A DNA stretch of 63,807 nt, the filler included, from Conidiobolus incongruus B7586 (Eukaryota): assembly GCA_000697335.1 (NCBI GenBank). It is 7 parts of 7 records of this genome, joined end to end, with 100 filler letters (N's around TTAATTAATTAA, not from the genome) between each part and the next. Parts side by side here need not be neighbours in the genome. Positions count along the whole stretch, not along the records: positions 52,218 to 62,600 come from JNEM01006141.1; positions 62,701 to 63,807 come from JNEM01006181.1; 5 more parts are not named here. The stretch is one strand, 5' to 3'. Below, piece by piece: positions 52,651-63,807 of the stretch; the first letter of the stretch is position 1; every line of letters begins with the position of its first letter. The translations under genes and the position numbers were made by a program. The notes under the pieces are model-generated. The model worked only from the letters and a program-made list of their open reading frames with translations. It was not told the DNA's origin and did no database searches.

Positions 52651-54733
52651 ATATTTATTAAAAATAATTAGTTAATTCATAAGTATTAAGAAATAGATAT
52701 TCTTAACTTAAAAGACTAGGAAATTTAATATATCAAACCTTAATATTAACAGTTTGAAATTTTATAACTAGTTTTAATATTTTAATTATAAAAACATCAA
52801 ATTCTATTATTTTATATATTTATACAAGTTAATTTAACATTTAAAAAATAGAGGTTTTAAGTATTTTTTTAAAAGGTTTATATCTAATTGATTAAAATTA
52901 CAATCAATCTATAAATTTATAGTTATCAAATTATGAATTCAATAATCAGTTTATCAATTATTTAAATATATAGATCTATTGCTTTAACTATAACTCCCAA
53001 AAATATTTATAAAAATAATGTAAATAATTTTCAAAAGCTTTTGTTATATTATAATCAAAAATATTAATTTTTTTAATTTAATCAAAATTACTTGTAAAGT
53101 ATTTATTATAATCAGTTTTATACAAATTTGTCTAATAAATATTGACATAATAAAAGCTCCAAATTACATGAATCAAGTGTTGATTTAGTATATATAATTG
53201 AATTTAAAAAAATTAAATATAATCTTGTGAAAAATATTTGCAAGAATTCACATTGGAAAAATACAACATCTATTACTATATATATAGTTAAAATCATAAA
53301 AGTTATGCATTTTTAAATCTGAATTTAAAATATTAAAAAACTTAATGAGATTTAAACCAAAGACATTAATTTATATTACAAAAAAACACAATTAGAATTA
53401 AAACTATCAAAATTATATTTCAATATATCAAATTGTTACATAAAAACTTTGTCCAAACACTTAATGAATGAATGTGTGTAACCAAAAATGCTTGAATAGG
53501 ATTTAATCATTTGGTTTAAATAATTAAAATATTTAATAACCAATTCGCCAGAGATAAATTTAACCATCTTGAACCATTTAGACTCAGGTTTCTAATTTGA
53601 TAAATTATAGATTTATATTAATATTTTTTTCTAATCAATATATTTAATCAAGATTATAAATATTATGATTGGATAAAAACTTATTATAATTGGTTAATTG
53701 ATTAAACTTTATAATATTTATTGTCATAATGAATACATTGAATAGGGTATATACAGCAAGGTTTAACCTTAAATAGTTGTATCGTCTTTGATATTTTAAC
53801 AGTATTTTTTAAGTTTATTTTAAATTATATATAGCATTTATCATTTTATAACCAACATTTATTTGCCATTAGAAATCCCTCTCCCGCGATCTTCTGATAA
53901 ATCTTTTTCAAAATATAGGTTAATAAAATTCAAACCAAAGCATATAATTTTTTGCAAATATTATCAGCACTATTGTATTCATATTATATTGGATTATCAT
54001 ATAATACAAGCTTAATCTAAACAGAATTTTTGAGTTGTAATTATTGTTTCTAAAATTGAAGGATATGTTTTATCAAATAACAAAGTTATAAGTTTGTCAT
54101 TCTAATTTAAAATATATTCTCTAACAATAATATATGCTAATAGATTATAAACTTAAATTATTTACCAATGGTACTACAATTTACTTTAGTTAGCATTGCT
54201 ATTTTATTAAAGAAATTCAAGTACTTCACATCAAATATGTGAGATTAACAGATAAACCAGTAATTTACAAAATATTACCTTTAATAACTCGAATTTAATA
54301 TTAATGAAACTATATATATCATATTATCAATAAAATTTGCATTATTTATATCCCATTAAAATATGAGTTGATTGTATTTAACCAATCTTAATTTATATAG
54401 GAAAAATACAAATTATTTTTAAAAACAAATTACTGTCATTTAAATGAAAAATCCACCATTGGCAAATGATTTATGCCACAATTCATAATTATTCAATTAA
54501 TGAGAATAAATGTAATTGATTGAAATTAAGAGACAATGAAAACATATATAACGGAAACAATGCTGCACCATAAATGGATTTTCATGCTTCAGCCCTCTTT
54601 TTATATCTTATGAACCTTAACTAATAAGTTTTATATCTAATATTATAATTTAAAATATATTACTTTACTCATCATTAATATAAATTAATTAATAAATTTC
54701 AACTGCCAATTAGAAATTCTATTTAAATTTATA

Positions 54734-57700
54734 ATGATAGATCAATTGGCTATACTCTATAACGGTATTAAACAAGTTATTGACAAGAGTAATATATATT
54801 TTTATCCTCCTTGAAACAATAATTAATTTAGATATCACATTAGACCACTCAAGCACACGTTCCAATACTGTTAAAGACTCCAAGTCAAAATTGAGTAAAC
54901 TTCCTAAAAATGAGTTTTTGGAACTTGTCACAGATGTATATGATGAATTAATAAGAAGAAAGGAAACAAATAATTGTGGTTAGTATTTATTTCAATTTTA
55001 AGTTGATTCAATATTTATTCATTTATGTAGTCCCTTTTTTACCAAAGTCAAGCGCCTATCACCCTAAAAGAAATATGGTTAGACAAAAGTTATCCACTCT
55101 AAGTCAACCTAAATTTACTGCTCTAGCTGAGGATGTTATACTTGAAATTATCAATCGATTTCCTAATTTGGATCATAAGGTAACTATCTTTGATATTCAA
55201 GCATTTTTATACTAAATACACTTATTAATTACTTCATTTATTTAGACTATTGGATCATTAGAACAAAATCCACTTGTTAATATCGATAATAAATCCAGTG
55301 CAAGGTCTACAGGATCTACAGAAAATCATTTTACTCAAAGTCAGTTTGATAATTTAAAAAACCCTGACTCTCTTAGACCCAGAGGGAAGCTTTCAATACC
55401 GAAAAATGCCAATACCCGCAATTCAAATAGTCTTCAAGATGCTCTTAAAGCACCAAATCTCGATGTTTTGACTAAAATGGTCTCAAATGATAATAATTTG
55501 GCAAATAGCGAATCGCAGTCCCTTGATAATCCATTCTCCAAAGTAAGTTTACTGACTTAGTTCTTATGCTTTTAATTAATTAGAAATTTTATTGATACTT
55601 TTTCAATTGATTTAAAACCCTAACTCCTGTAATTAATCTGATTTTGATTGATTTAGAACAAACAATTAACTCATAATGGAAATAATTTGGTTAATAATAG
55701 CCAGATATCAAATAGATATGAGGCCGAGTTAACTATATCTTATAAAAGGATCTTAGAGCTAGAACAGGCTCTGCATGTAATATCATCTTTAACACCATAT
55801 ATTCTTACAATTTTGATTAATTGGTTCAAATTAGGAAAGTCAAACTCTTAATTTCCAAACACAGCTTAAGAATTTAGAATCCTGCACTCAAAATGTAAGC
55901 TAAAATGATGCATCATTATTGTATAAATGTTCCAAACTTTAATTGGTTTTAATAGAACGAAAAAGACAATTTGAAAAGGTTAACGGTGCTTTTGGATCAG
56001 CAATCAAAAGCTCAAGAAAATTACAAAAAGGAAGTTGAGGTATTTTCACTTTATTAATTAATTTGAATTTAACGATTAATTCCAGAAAAATAGAAAAACA
56101 GACAGTTAAACCAAGAATTAATGTCAGCTTTATCAAGGAATCAGGAGCTGGAATCTCAGTTGAAGCAAATTCATAAAGATCAAGAAACTCTTTTAAAGAC
56201 AATTGAGGAATTAGAAGAAAAGGTAGTATTCACTTTTAAATTTCTAAACATTTTTATTTACTTTTCCTATTAGAACATTGAATTGAACCAAAAGATTGCC
56301 GATCTTAAACTCAATACTCTCAATTCCAAATGTAAGTAGTTTATTATCACAATAATTTGATATAAGCTAAACATTTAATAATTTAGCTCTTAAAAATCAA
56401 GAGCTAGATAAAAATGATGAAAAAGATTCACACAATCCATCCAATGATTTTGAAGTGCCTGTGTCTTCCAACAACCAGATCAATCGATATAAAAACGTTA
56501 TAACCAATGAAATGAAAGATAATCTTGAGCACCATGTAAATCTGCTCAAAAATGCTACTGATTCTAAAATGTTCAAGGAGATGCTAAATCAACTACAAAA
56601 AGTCGTGTCATCATGCCATGTCATTTCTAATAGCATTGATAAGTTTGAGTATGATGCAGGAACAAATGCTTCTGAATTGGATAGAAAGCTGATCAGGGAA
56701 TCGAAATACTATAATGATAATCTTTCTGATGCATTGGCTAATTTACTCAATATGATTGAAGCTTATCCTCAATCCCCTGATCAATCATGGATTTCCCATT
56801 TCAATCATTTTGGAGCTCAACTGGTCTCGTCAGGAAATGGTCTATTTTCCCTTTTTTCTAATGTTAATCCATCCCAACTAAATAATCTTGATTCCCAAAG
56901 AGCTGAAGGATTAAAAAATGATCCCTCTACCTCTTTTGATGAAGATGAACATGGCCAAGGTCACCTTGCTCAAATCAACAAAGAGCTCATGTCTAATCCA
57001 ATCTTCCTTAATAAGAAAAATCAATTGACCAAGCCTAAAAAATCACTCAAGCCCAGCATGAAACCTCAGCAAAATGTTTCTGAAAGCTCAAGTTCACCAA
57101 AGAAATCTACTGAAGCACCACCTTTGAACCCCCCTATAAATCCTAAATCCGAAGAGCCATCGATCAGAGATAGCATTAAATCTAATTCATTTGTACCAAT
57201 TTCTTTTAGTGCAAATTCGAATCAAAGGGAAAGTGTATTCAAATCTGGTAGTTTTCAATCTAATCATTCTTATTTATCATATTTTTCAGAAGATTCGCGT
57301 CAAGGAGAATCTATCGATAGTAGCCATGATAATCTAAAAACCATTCAAGAATATGCTGATGAGGATGGAATGTATTTCGATACGCGTGATCCTGAACAAG
57401 CAGGAAAATATCAAACTCAAATATTCTTGGGTGATGACATTGAAAAATTAAATGAAACATTAGATAGCCTTGGTCCACATTCTAATGGAACTACATCCAA
57501 TAATCTACCTTCTCAATCAAATCAACAAATTGATACTAATGCTGAAAAGAAAATGACAATTACTCGCTCTTTGAATAATTCTGAGGATAAACAGACTATC
57601 AACAACCACGATTTATCTGCTGTCACTGGATTAAACAGCAATCTTGACACTTCTCAAAATAAAGTATCTGATTCATTCAGTGAACCTAAAGATCAAGCTG

Positions 57701-58311
57701 AATCTCTTGTTAGCTCCCTACCCTCGAAGCCCAAGTCCATTGATCCAGTGAAACGTTTGAGTAAAGCTCAGAAGCATTTAAGTGATGCACTTGAGATTAA
57801 ATTTGCTGTTAATGCTGCCAATAATCTATTGTTCCACGCCACTGTTCAAGATGATGCCCCCAGCCCTTATTCTCCTAGTAACAAAGCACCTCAATCTCCC
57901 ATGTCGCTTGGTTACAACTATACGGAAATTCAAAATCTTCTGGATTTCTTAAAACAAAAATCCCAAGTCTTAGTCGATATCATTCATAGGCTATTACAAA
58001 GTATTCGAGAAGAAAATTGGGGTTCAATGGTCGTTCCTATTAATGATTTATTGGCCACTGGCTCACAAATCGTACATCGCTCTAAGTCAAGTATGAGGAA
58101 ATGCCCTTCATTTCCCAATCGTCCCCAAATGGAGGAGGTTCTTCTTTTAATGGAAAAACAGAATAATAATTTGATTGGACTGAGAGAGAGTTTAAATCAT
58201 TTAATCTATGATACTGCCCATATTGATACTGTTAAACTGAAGAATCAATTGGCCACATATGCGTTTGATTTAGCAAAATATACTAAAGATTGTATGAGTT
58301 TTGCTAGATAA
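54734..58311 (+). CDS. SPA2: Spa2/GIT-like polarity scaffold protein, multi-exon
   Basis: Two Spa2 homology repeats (KLSKLPKNEFLELVTDVYDELIRR; PFLP..YHPKRNMVRQKLSTL..KFTALAEDV), a spliced coiled-coil and a C-terminal GIT1_C-like QLATYAFDLAKYTK. Confidence 0.85.
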
Positions 58312-58434
58312 AACATTTTGTAATTATAAATAAAAACCTTATTTATTAACGTTGTAATAATTGGATAGTTAAAAAGAAATTTATGAAATGATAAAATAGT
58401 ATTAAAATTTGTGATGAAATCAATATAAAGACAT

Positions 58435-58505
58435 TGCCATTGCGGGGAATCGAGCCGCGGTCTGAGCGGCCACAACGCTTTGTACTACCACTATACTACA
58501 ACGGC
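58435..58505 (-). tRNA. tRNA-His (GUG), atypical T arm
   Basis: GCCGTTG/CAATGGC acceptor stem, D arm GTAT-AGTGGTA-GTAC, anticodon loop TTGTGGC, T arm CGCGG-CTCGATT-CCCCG, discriminator A. Confidence 0.85.
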
Positions 58506-60287
58506 CTATTAAAATTCTCCATTTATTTATTTTGTACAAATGGATTTTTATTATTTTTATATTCCACTAATCTTCCAACATTTTTTAATAATTTTTTCCT
58601 TATACTTTATCTACTAATTTCAATCTCTTTTTACTCTCCTTAAATACTACTATATTATATTCATTTTTTATACAAGTTTATTTTTATATTTTTCTAATCT
58701 TACCAAAATTCTGTCTTTTTCTTTTAACTATTAACAAATATTATTATCCATTATTTTTAGATTTTTAAATTAGTAATATGAATTTTTTCAATTCAATCAT
58801 AATTATATTACAATTTTTGTATATATTGTTCAAAATTATAAATACTATATATCCAATTAAATTAATAATATAATATTCAATTTAAGTTTCTCCAATTTAT
58901 TTTATTTTGCTGTGTTAATAAATTAAAATCATTATATAATATTACAAAAATATTTTAAATTATTTACAATGTTAAAATGTACTGTGATCCATGATATTAA
59001 ATATGATTGTAATAATAATCAATATTACATTATTTTGAATTCAAAATATATTATTGAAATGTTAAATGTAACAAAATAATCAATTTCATACTTAAAATAT
59101 AAATTAACAAGAATTTTGATTTAAATCAAATATTTACAAAAGGTGACTTAGTTATATCAATATTTAATATAATCTAATTTAACTCAACAAATAAAATGAT
59201 TAATGGTAAATTACAATAGTAATGACTTTGAATGTTCGTTTTTTATAAATTTATCAATAATCAACTATTAGCCTAGAAAATAATAGAATATTATCATTAA
59301 TAGCTAATCCTTGAATGGAATCAATAGTTTACAGTTTAATTATTTATTCACTTGTTCATATGATTATTCTTCTAGGTGGTTTCTCGTATTGATAAAACAT
59401 GATTTTGATTCAATTTTTGAAATAATATAGGTCATCAAAGTCATTTATCAAATATTATTCAAATATTATCAATATATATCATTTGTTTTTCAAAATGCTA
59501 GGTTTGATAAAAATTTAAGTCTCATGCCTTATTGGAGTAATTTATTAATAATGGTTTTATAATATTTGTATTTATTATATGTAAAATAATCGTTATTTGA
59601 AATATATTCTATCATTTATTTCCAATAATTATTATTTTATGTAAATCAAATTAACCATAGCAATGAATTCAAATTGTTGTGTGGAATGAAATATATTGAA
59701 TATTACATTTTCAATTTATATATATCATTTATAAATTCTATATCATTTTAATAGTATTACTTTTCCGTTCCAAGTTTATATAATGGATGACAATGCAAAG
59801 TATGTAGTGAATGTACCAGTGTGGAAAAAGAATAATGCTGCATATATAATTCATAAAACAAAAGATCATAATAAATACTTGAAATACTATCATTACAATA
59901 GGGTTGAAAAAATTTGTCTCTAAATAATTGCTGATATACAAATTTCCAATATGACATAAAGATAAAAATTGTTAAAATTAAAAGTAATAATGTAAAAGTA
60001 TTATAAATTAAAGCATCTGTATACTGAAATAAATAAGAAATTAATTTAAAGTTATAATTAATTCAAGTAAGAAACATGTTAATACAAATTGAATTTAATA
60101 ATTGGCAGTTGAGAGTACAGAATTAGATTTTCCAGTTCAAGCAATAAGGAAGACCAATAAAAATAAGGGATTCCAGAGCGAATAAATTGAAAAGACCATT
60201 TACGAAGTTAGCGAAGTCGTAAAAAATAACAGCCTCAAGATAATCAAGTCACAAGGAATGAATAGATATAAAGCTCTAGTCAGAGAG

Positions 60288-60689
60288 TTAATGTTGGGCT
60301 TCATGAAGTGGAGTTTCTTTTGCAGGCGAAGTATTCAAATTAGAGTTTTGTGTTGAAGGAATTGAATGGGGGATAGTGTCAGGGGCAGGGTGCTCAGAAC
60401 CTACAGGAACACTTTTACCAGCTTTCTGCATAGCATAGTCTCCTGAATCAAAATATTTGCGTTCCTAAATTAATAAGAAAAAACATTAATACTTATTTTA
60501 CACAAAGGAAAATGTCATACCTTGAATTTATGAGTTAATAGATCTTTTCCAGTAGGAAGCTTACCATACATTCGGAAAGCCTTTTGCTCTTCTTCAGTTA
60601 GTTTCTAATTATTAAGTTAGTATAATAATGAGAATAAATATAATGAATATTACACTAATATCAATTTTATTTTGCTTTGCTGGAATCAT
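60288..60689 (-). CDS. IGO1: Endosulfine/ARPP-19 family protein (Igo1-like), 3 exons; absent from the ORF track
   Basis: Spliced translation MIPAKQNKIDIS-KLTEEEQKAFRMYGKLPTGKDLLTHKFK-ERKYFDSGDYAMQKAG..HPAPDTIPH. FDSGDY is the Greatwall/Rim15 phosphorylation site. Confidence 0.93.
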
Positions 60690-62526
60690 TTTTCAATTTA
60701 CAGTTTATAATTAAATGATGAAAATATATGAATGATAACAGTATTGAAGTTGAATTGGTATGAATTGAAAATTAAATAGGTAGCAAAAGCAAGATTGGAA
60801 AGAAACTGATGTAATAGAATTCTAAGAAACTTTGGATATAAATATTGTAAGAATAGCCAATCATATTGAAAATCATTATTCTAAATTATACTCTAATTGG
60901 ATCATTGTAATTTCAAATTTGAAACCTATTTAACTTCAATTAATTGGATAATCATTTTTGGATTTGATAATAGTTTGTCACACCAAAAAGTTTTTACATT
61001 TATTTCTGATTAACAGATAAAAAGGTAATCAAATCAATAATATATAATATTGGAGATATGTAAATTATAAAATATATTATAATTTAGTGATAGTGAAATT
61101 GAATGTTATTTAGTACTAAACATTGTTTTATTTTCATTATATCTTGATTTAAATATTCGACTATATTAAATCAATTTTTTCACTATTAGTCTCCTTTATG
61201 ATTAAATTTCAATTGCAACCTGAGAACAAACTTTTTAGATCATTGAGTGATTCAGTTATTCAAATTAAAAATTACTCTTTGTAACATTGATATAAAAATT
61301 TGAAAAAATTTAATGCAAATAAATATTAGTTAATATATTACATGAAATCTTTATTATTTAATGTTTTCTATAATATTATGTTATATCTAATTATTTTAAT
61401 AATACATTTACTTAGTATTATCACCGTTTAACGAGCTGTGTTACAGTTGGATTATGTTAAATATATTTCCATTTACAGTAAAAAGGTTATTATGAATTTT
61501 TGTTATTTAAATATTCATCTATTGTCCTAAATATTTCTTAATAAAATTTAAAGCAAAAATAGTTTTAATTTTTTTCAAAATTTTTTAATTAATTTTTATC
61601 GTAAATAATATATAATGAGAATATATTTAATATTCCATTATTATTAGATGTGTGTATAAACATATTCATGCAGATTTCCAAATATATATTCAATTATAAA
61701 ATATAAAAATTAATAATCGTCAAGTTATTTATTATCATATATATATGTACATCCTTATATTGACATATAAATATATTATATAAAAAAATAAAGTGATCAT
61801 TTGATATATTGCAAATTTAAGGGTTGATAATTTTTTAATATAATATATTCATTAATTTTTTTTAGTTAAAAAATATAAACGATAGGATTAAATTTATTAT
61901 CTTAATTTTTAAAATATACAAACTTATCAAATATTCAAGTAATCTTATAATTAATATATTTAAATATATTAAATATATTAATCACATTCATTATATCAAT
62001 TAATCATATATACAAAATTCCATGATTGATCTATTTATTATATTTTAGATAAAATTAAATTATAATTTATTTTTGATTTTGAAATTCTATAATAAAGATC
62101 TCAAAATATAATATTTATTTTGCTTGGCTGTTGAAAAACTACTTAACTCTGTTATAAGTTTCTATTTTTTACATTTAATAATCATTGAATTAATTAATTT
62201 AAATTAAGGAATTTTAATTATAATTATATAATACAATTATTTAAATCAATAATACAAGAAAATTTTGATTGAAAAACAGTTTTATTGTATATTGAATTAT
62301 TACTAATCATAGTAATGATTTTATATATTATTATATATAATATTCAGATAAATTACAAAAATTTATTGTTATTATAGTGAGAAATTAAAAAGTGAAATAA
62401 TAAAAATTAAGTGATTATTGCAATTTTATTGAGTCTATTGTAAAATTAGATTAAACATAATTTGCTTTAATTTTAATATTTTAAACCAAAAAAATTATAA
62501 AATTCACATAAAAACTTGATAAGCTC

Positions 62527-62532
<6 letters not shown>

Positions 62533-62563
<31 letters not shown>
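62533..62563. repeat. (TA)n microsatellite
   Basis: About 15 consecutive TA units. Confidence 0.9.
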
Positions 62564-62567
<4 letters not shown>

Positions 62568-62600
62568 GATAGTTATTTTGCTTGTAATAATAGATATAAT

Positions 62601-62700
62601 NNNNNNNNNNNNNNNNNNNNNNNNNNNNNNNNNNNNNNNNNNNNTTAATTAATTAANNNNNNNNNNNNNNNNNNNNNNNNNNNNNNNNNNNNNNNNNNNN
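62601..62700. other. Artificial contig linker
   Basis: N44-TTAATTAATTAA-N44. Confidence 0.98.
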
Positions 62701-63078
62701 TTAAATTAATATATATAATTTTTTTTGATTATAGATTAATTTTTATAATATATACTAAACTAGAAAAATAATTCATAAAATCAAAAATATATATATTTTA
62801 ACTAATAACTAAAAATATTATAAATATTAAATTACTTAAAACTATTATATATAACTAAGATATATTACTTGATAATAAATAAATATATATAAATATGTTT
62901 AGTAAATTATTAGCAAAAATATTAACCTTTAATATTTAACTAAAATAAGTTATAAATTTGCAAGTTTTTGAGATAAAGGGATATATTTAACAATATATAA
63001 CCATATCTTTTTCCTTTCCTTTTTATTATTATATATAATACTTTATAAATATAATAAATTTATTTTATTAATATTATT

Positions 63079-63424
63079 ATACTTAAATCCTTCTCTAAGA
63101 AAATCTATTTATATATTAATTAACTCTATAAAAAAGATAAATCAACTTATAATATTACTAGAATTACTAATGTTAGTTAGTCTACTATAATTAAAGCTAT
63201 TAAGAATAACAATAAAAACATATTTAAACTTAAACTTAAGTGTGTTAAAATTATAAACAAATATGATAAGAAGTATATCTATAGGTTGGTTAATATAAGT
63301 AAATATAGTATTATTATAGAAATATAGTAGGAATTATAAGACTATATAAGAATATTAGTTAATACTAATACTATTATATATACTTTATATTAATATAGAT
63401 ATCACTTATATTTTAATAAGAAAC
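63079..63424 (+). mobile_element. Tc1/mariner transposase N-terminal (HTH) relic, transition-mutated
   Basis: One frame reads ILKSFSK..*LYKKDKSTYNITRITNVS*STIIKAIK..KYDKKYIYRLVN..IEI**EL*DY.RILVNTNTI..TL..FNKK. All stops are TAA/TAG (revertible to Gln) and the pattern matches Tc1-type paired HTH regions. Confidence 0.65.
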
Positions 63425-63807
63425 TGTTAAGAGACTAGTTCTCTAAATTCTTATATACACTTTATATAATCCAATTAACTATAAATTATATGATTAATTT
63501 ATACTTATATAGTTAAATTAATTGTATAAATAGTATTAAATTATCTAATAAACTAGGTTCCTCTTTTTTCCTCTCAATTCTTACTATTTTTACCTTTACA
63601 CTATTTCTAAGATTGAGACTATATTCTGTCGACATTGTAGGATATTGGCACTACCTAATATAAATCTTAATATATCGGTGACTCATCCTAGTTCGAAGCT
63701 TAATTAAACTTTGTTTACACTTGCACGCTACAGCCACGTTATATTACCACATTCTGCGCCACACTACTTTTATATTAAGTCTTCCTCTGCACTATATTAG
63801 TTTAAAT
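63425..63807. mobile_element. LTR-like repeat (less mutated copy), running off the window end
   Basis: Begins TGTTAA, interrupts the Tc1 frame, and is homologous to 52248-52630. Confidence 0.7.

Noticed and set aside
58434..58643. 69-aa ORF MPLRGIEPRSERPQR..
   Set aside because: It is the antisense reading of tRNA-His plus AT-rich flank.

Overview
Eukaryotic, very AT-rich fungal DNA. PalC, Spa2, a Fungal_trans protein and a URA2 with a pseudo-dihydroorotase domain indicate a fungus; an early-diverging lineage (Conidiobolus-like Zoopagomycota) is my inference only. The window is seven unrelated contigs joined by six artificial 100-nt linkers (N44-TTAATTAATTAA-N44), so adjacency across linkers is meaningless. 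Genes found, mostly with short GT-AG introns: partial URA2, partial SHMT, PMS1, KAP104/transportin, PalC, a LAMMER kinase, SEC10, a secreted tyrosinase, a Gly/Asn-rich RRM protein, SPT6, an AZUL-HECT E3 ligase, mitochondrial uL4, a Fungal_trans protein, a Spa2/GIT-like protein, an endosulfine and an atypical tRNA-His. The observations least explained by these genes are: (1) transposon relics with dense C>T/G>A (RIP-like) mutation, including a Tc1/mariner transposase cut by an LTR-like repeat that has a second, more mutated copy in the window; (2) an exact 9-mer ATCCCATAA in sense orientation upstream of five housekeeping genes on three contigs; (3) a few small GC-rich structured islands. I see no clear new multi-gene system. 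All exon boundaries and alignments were done by eye.
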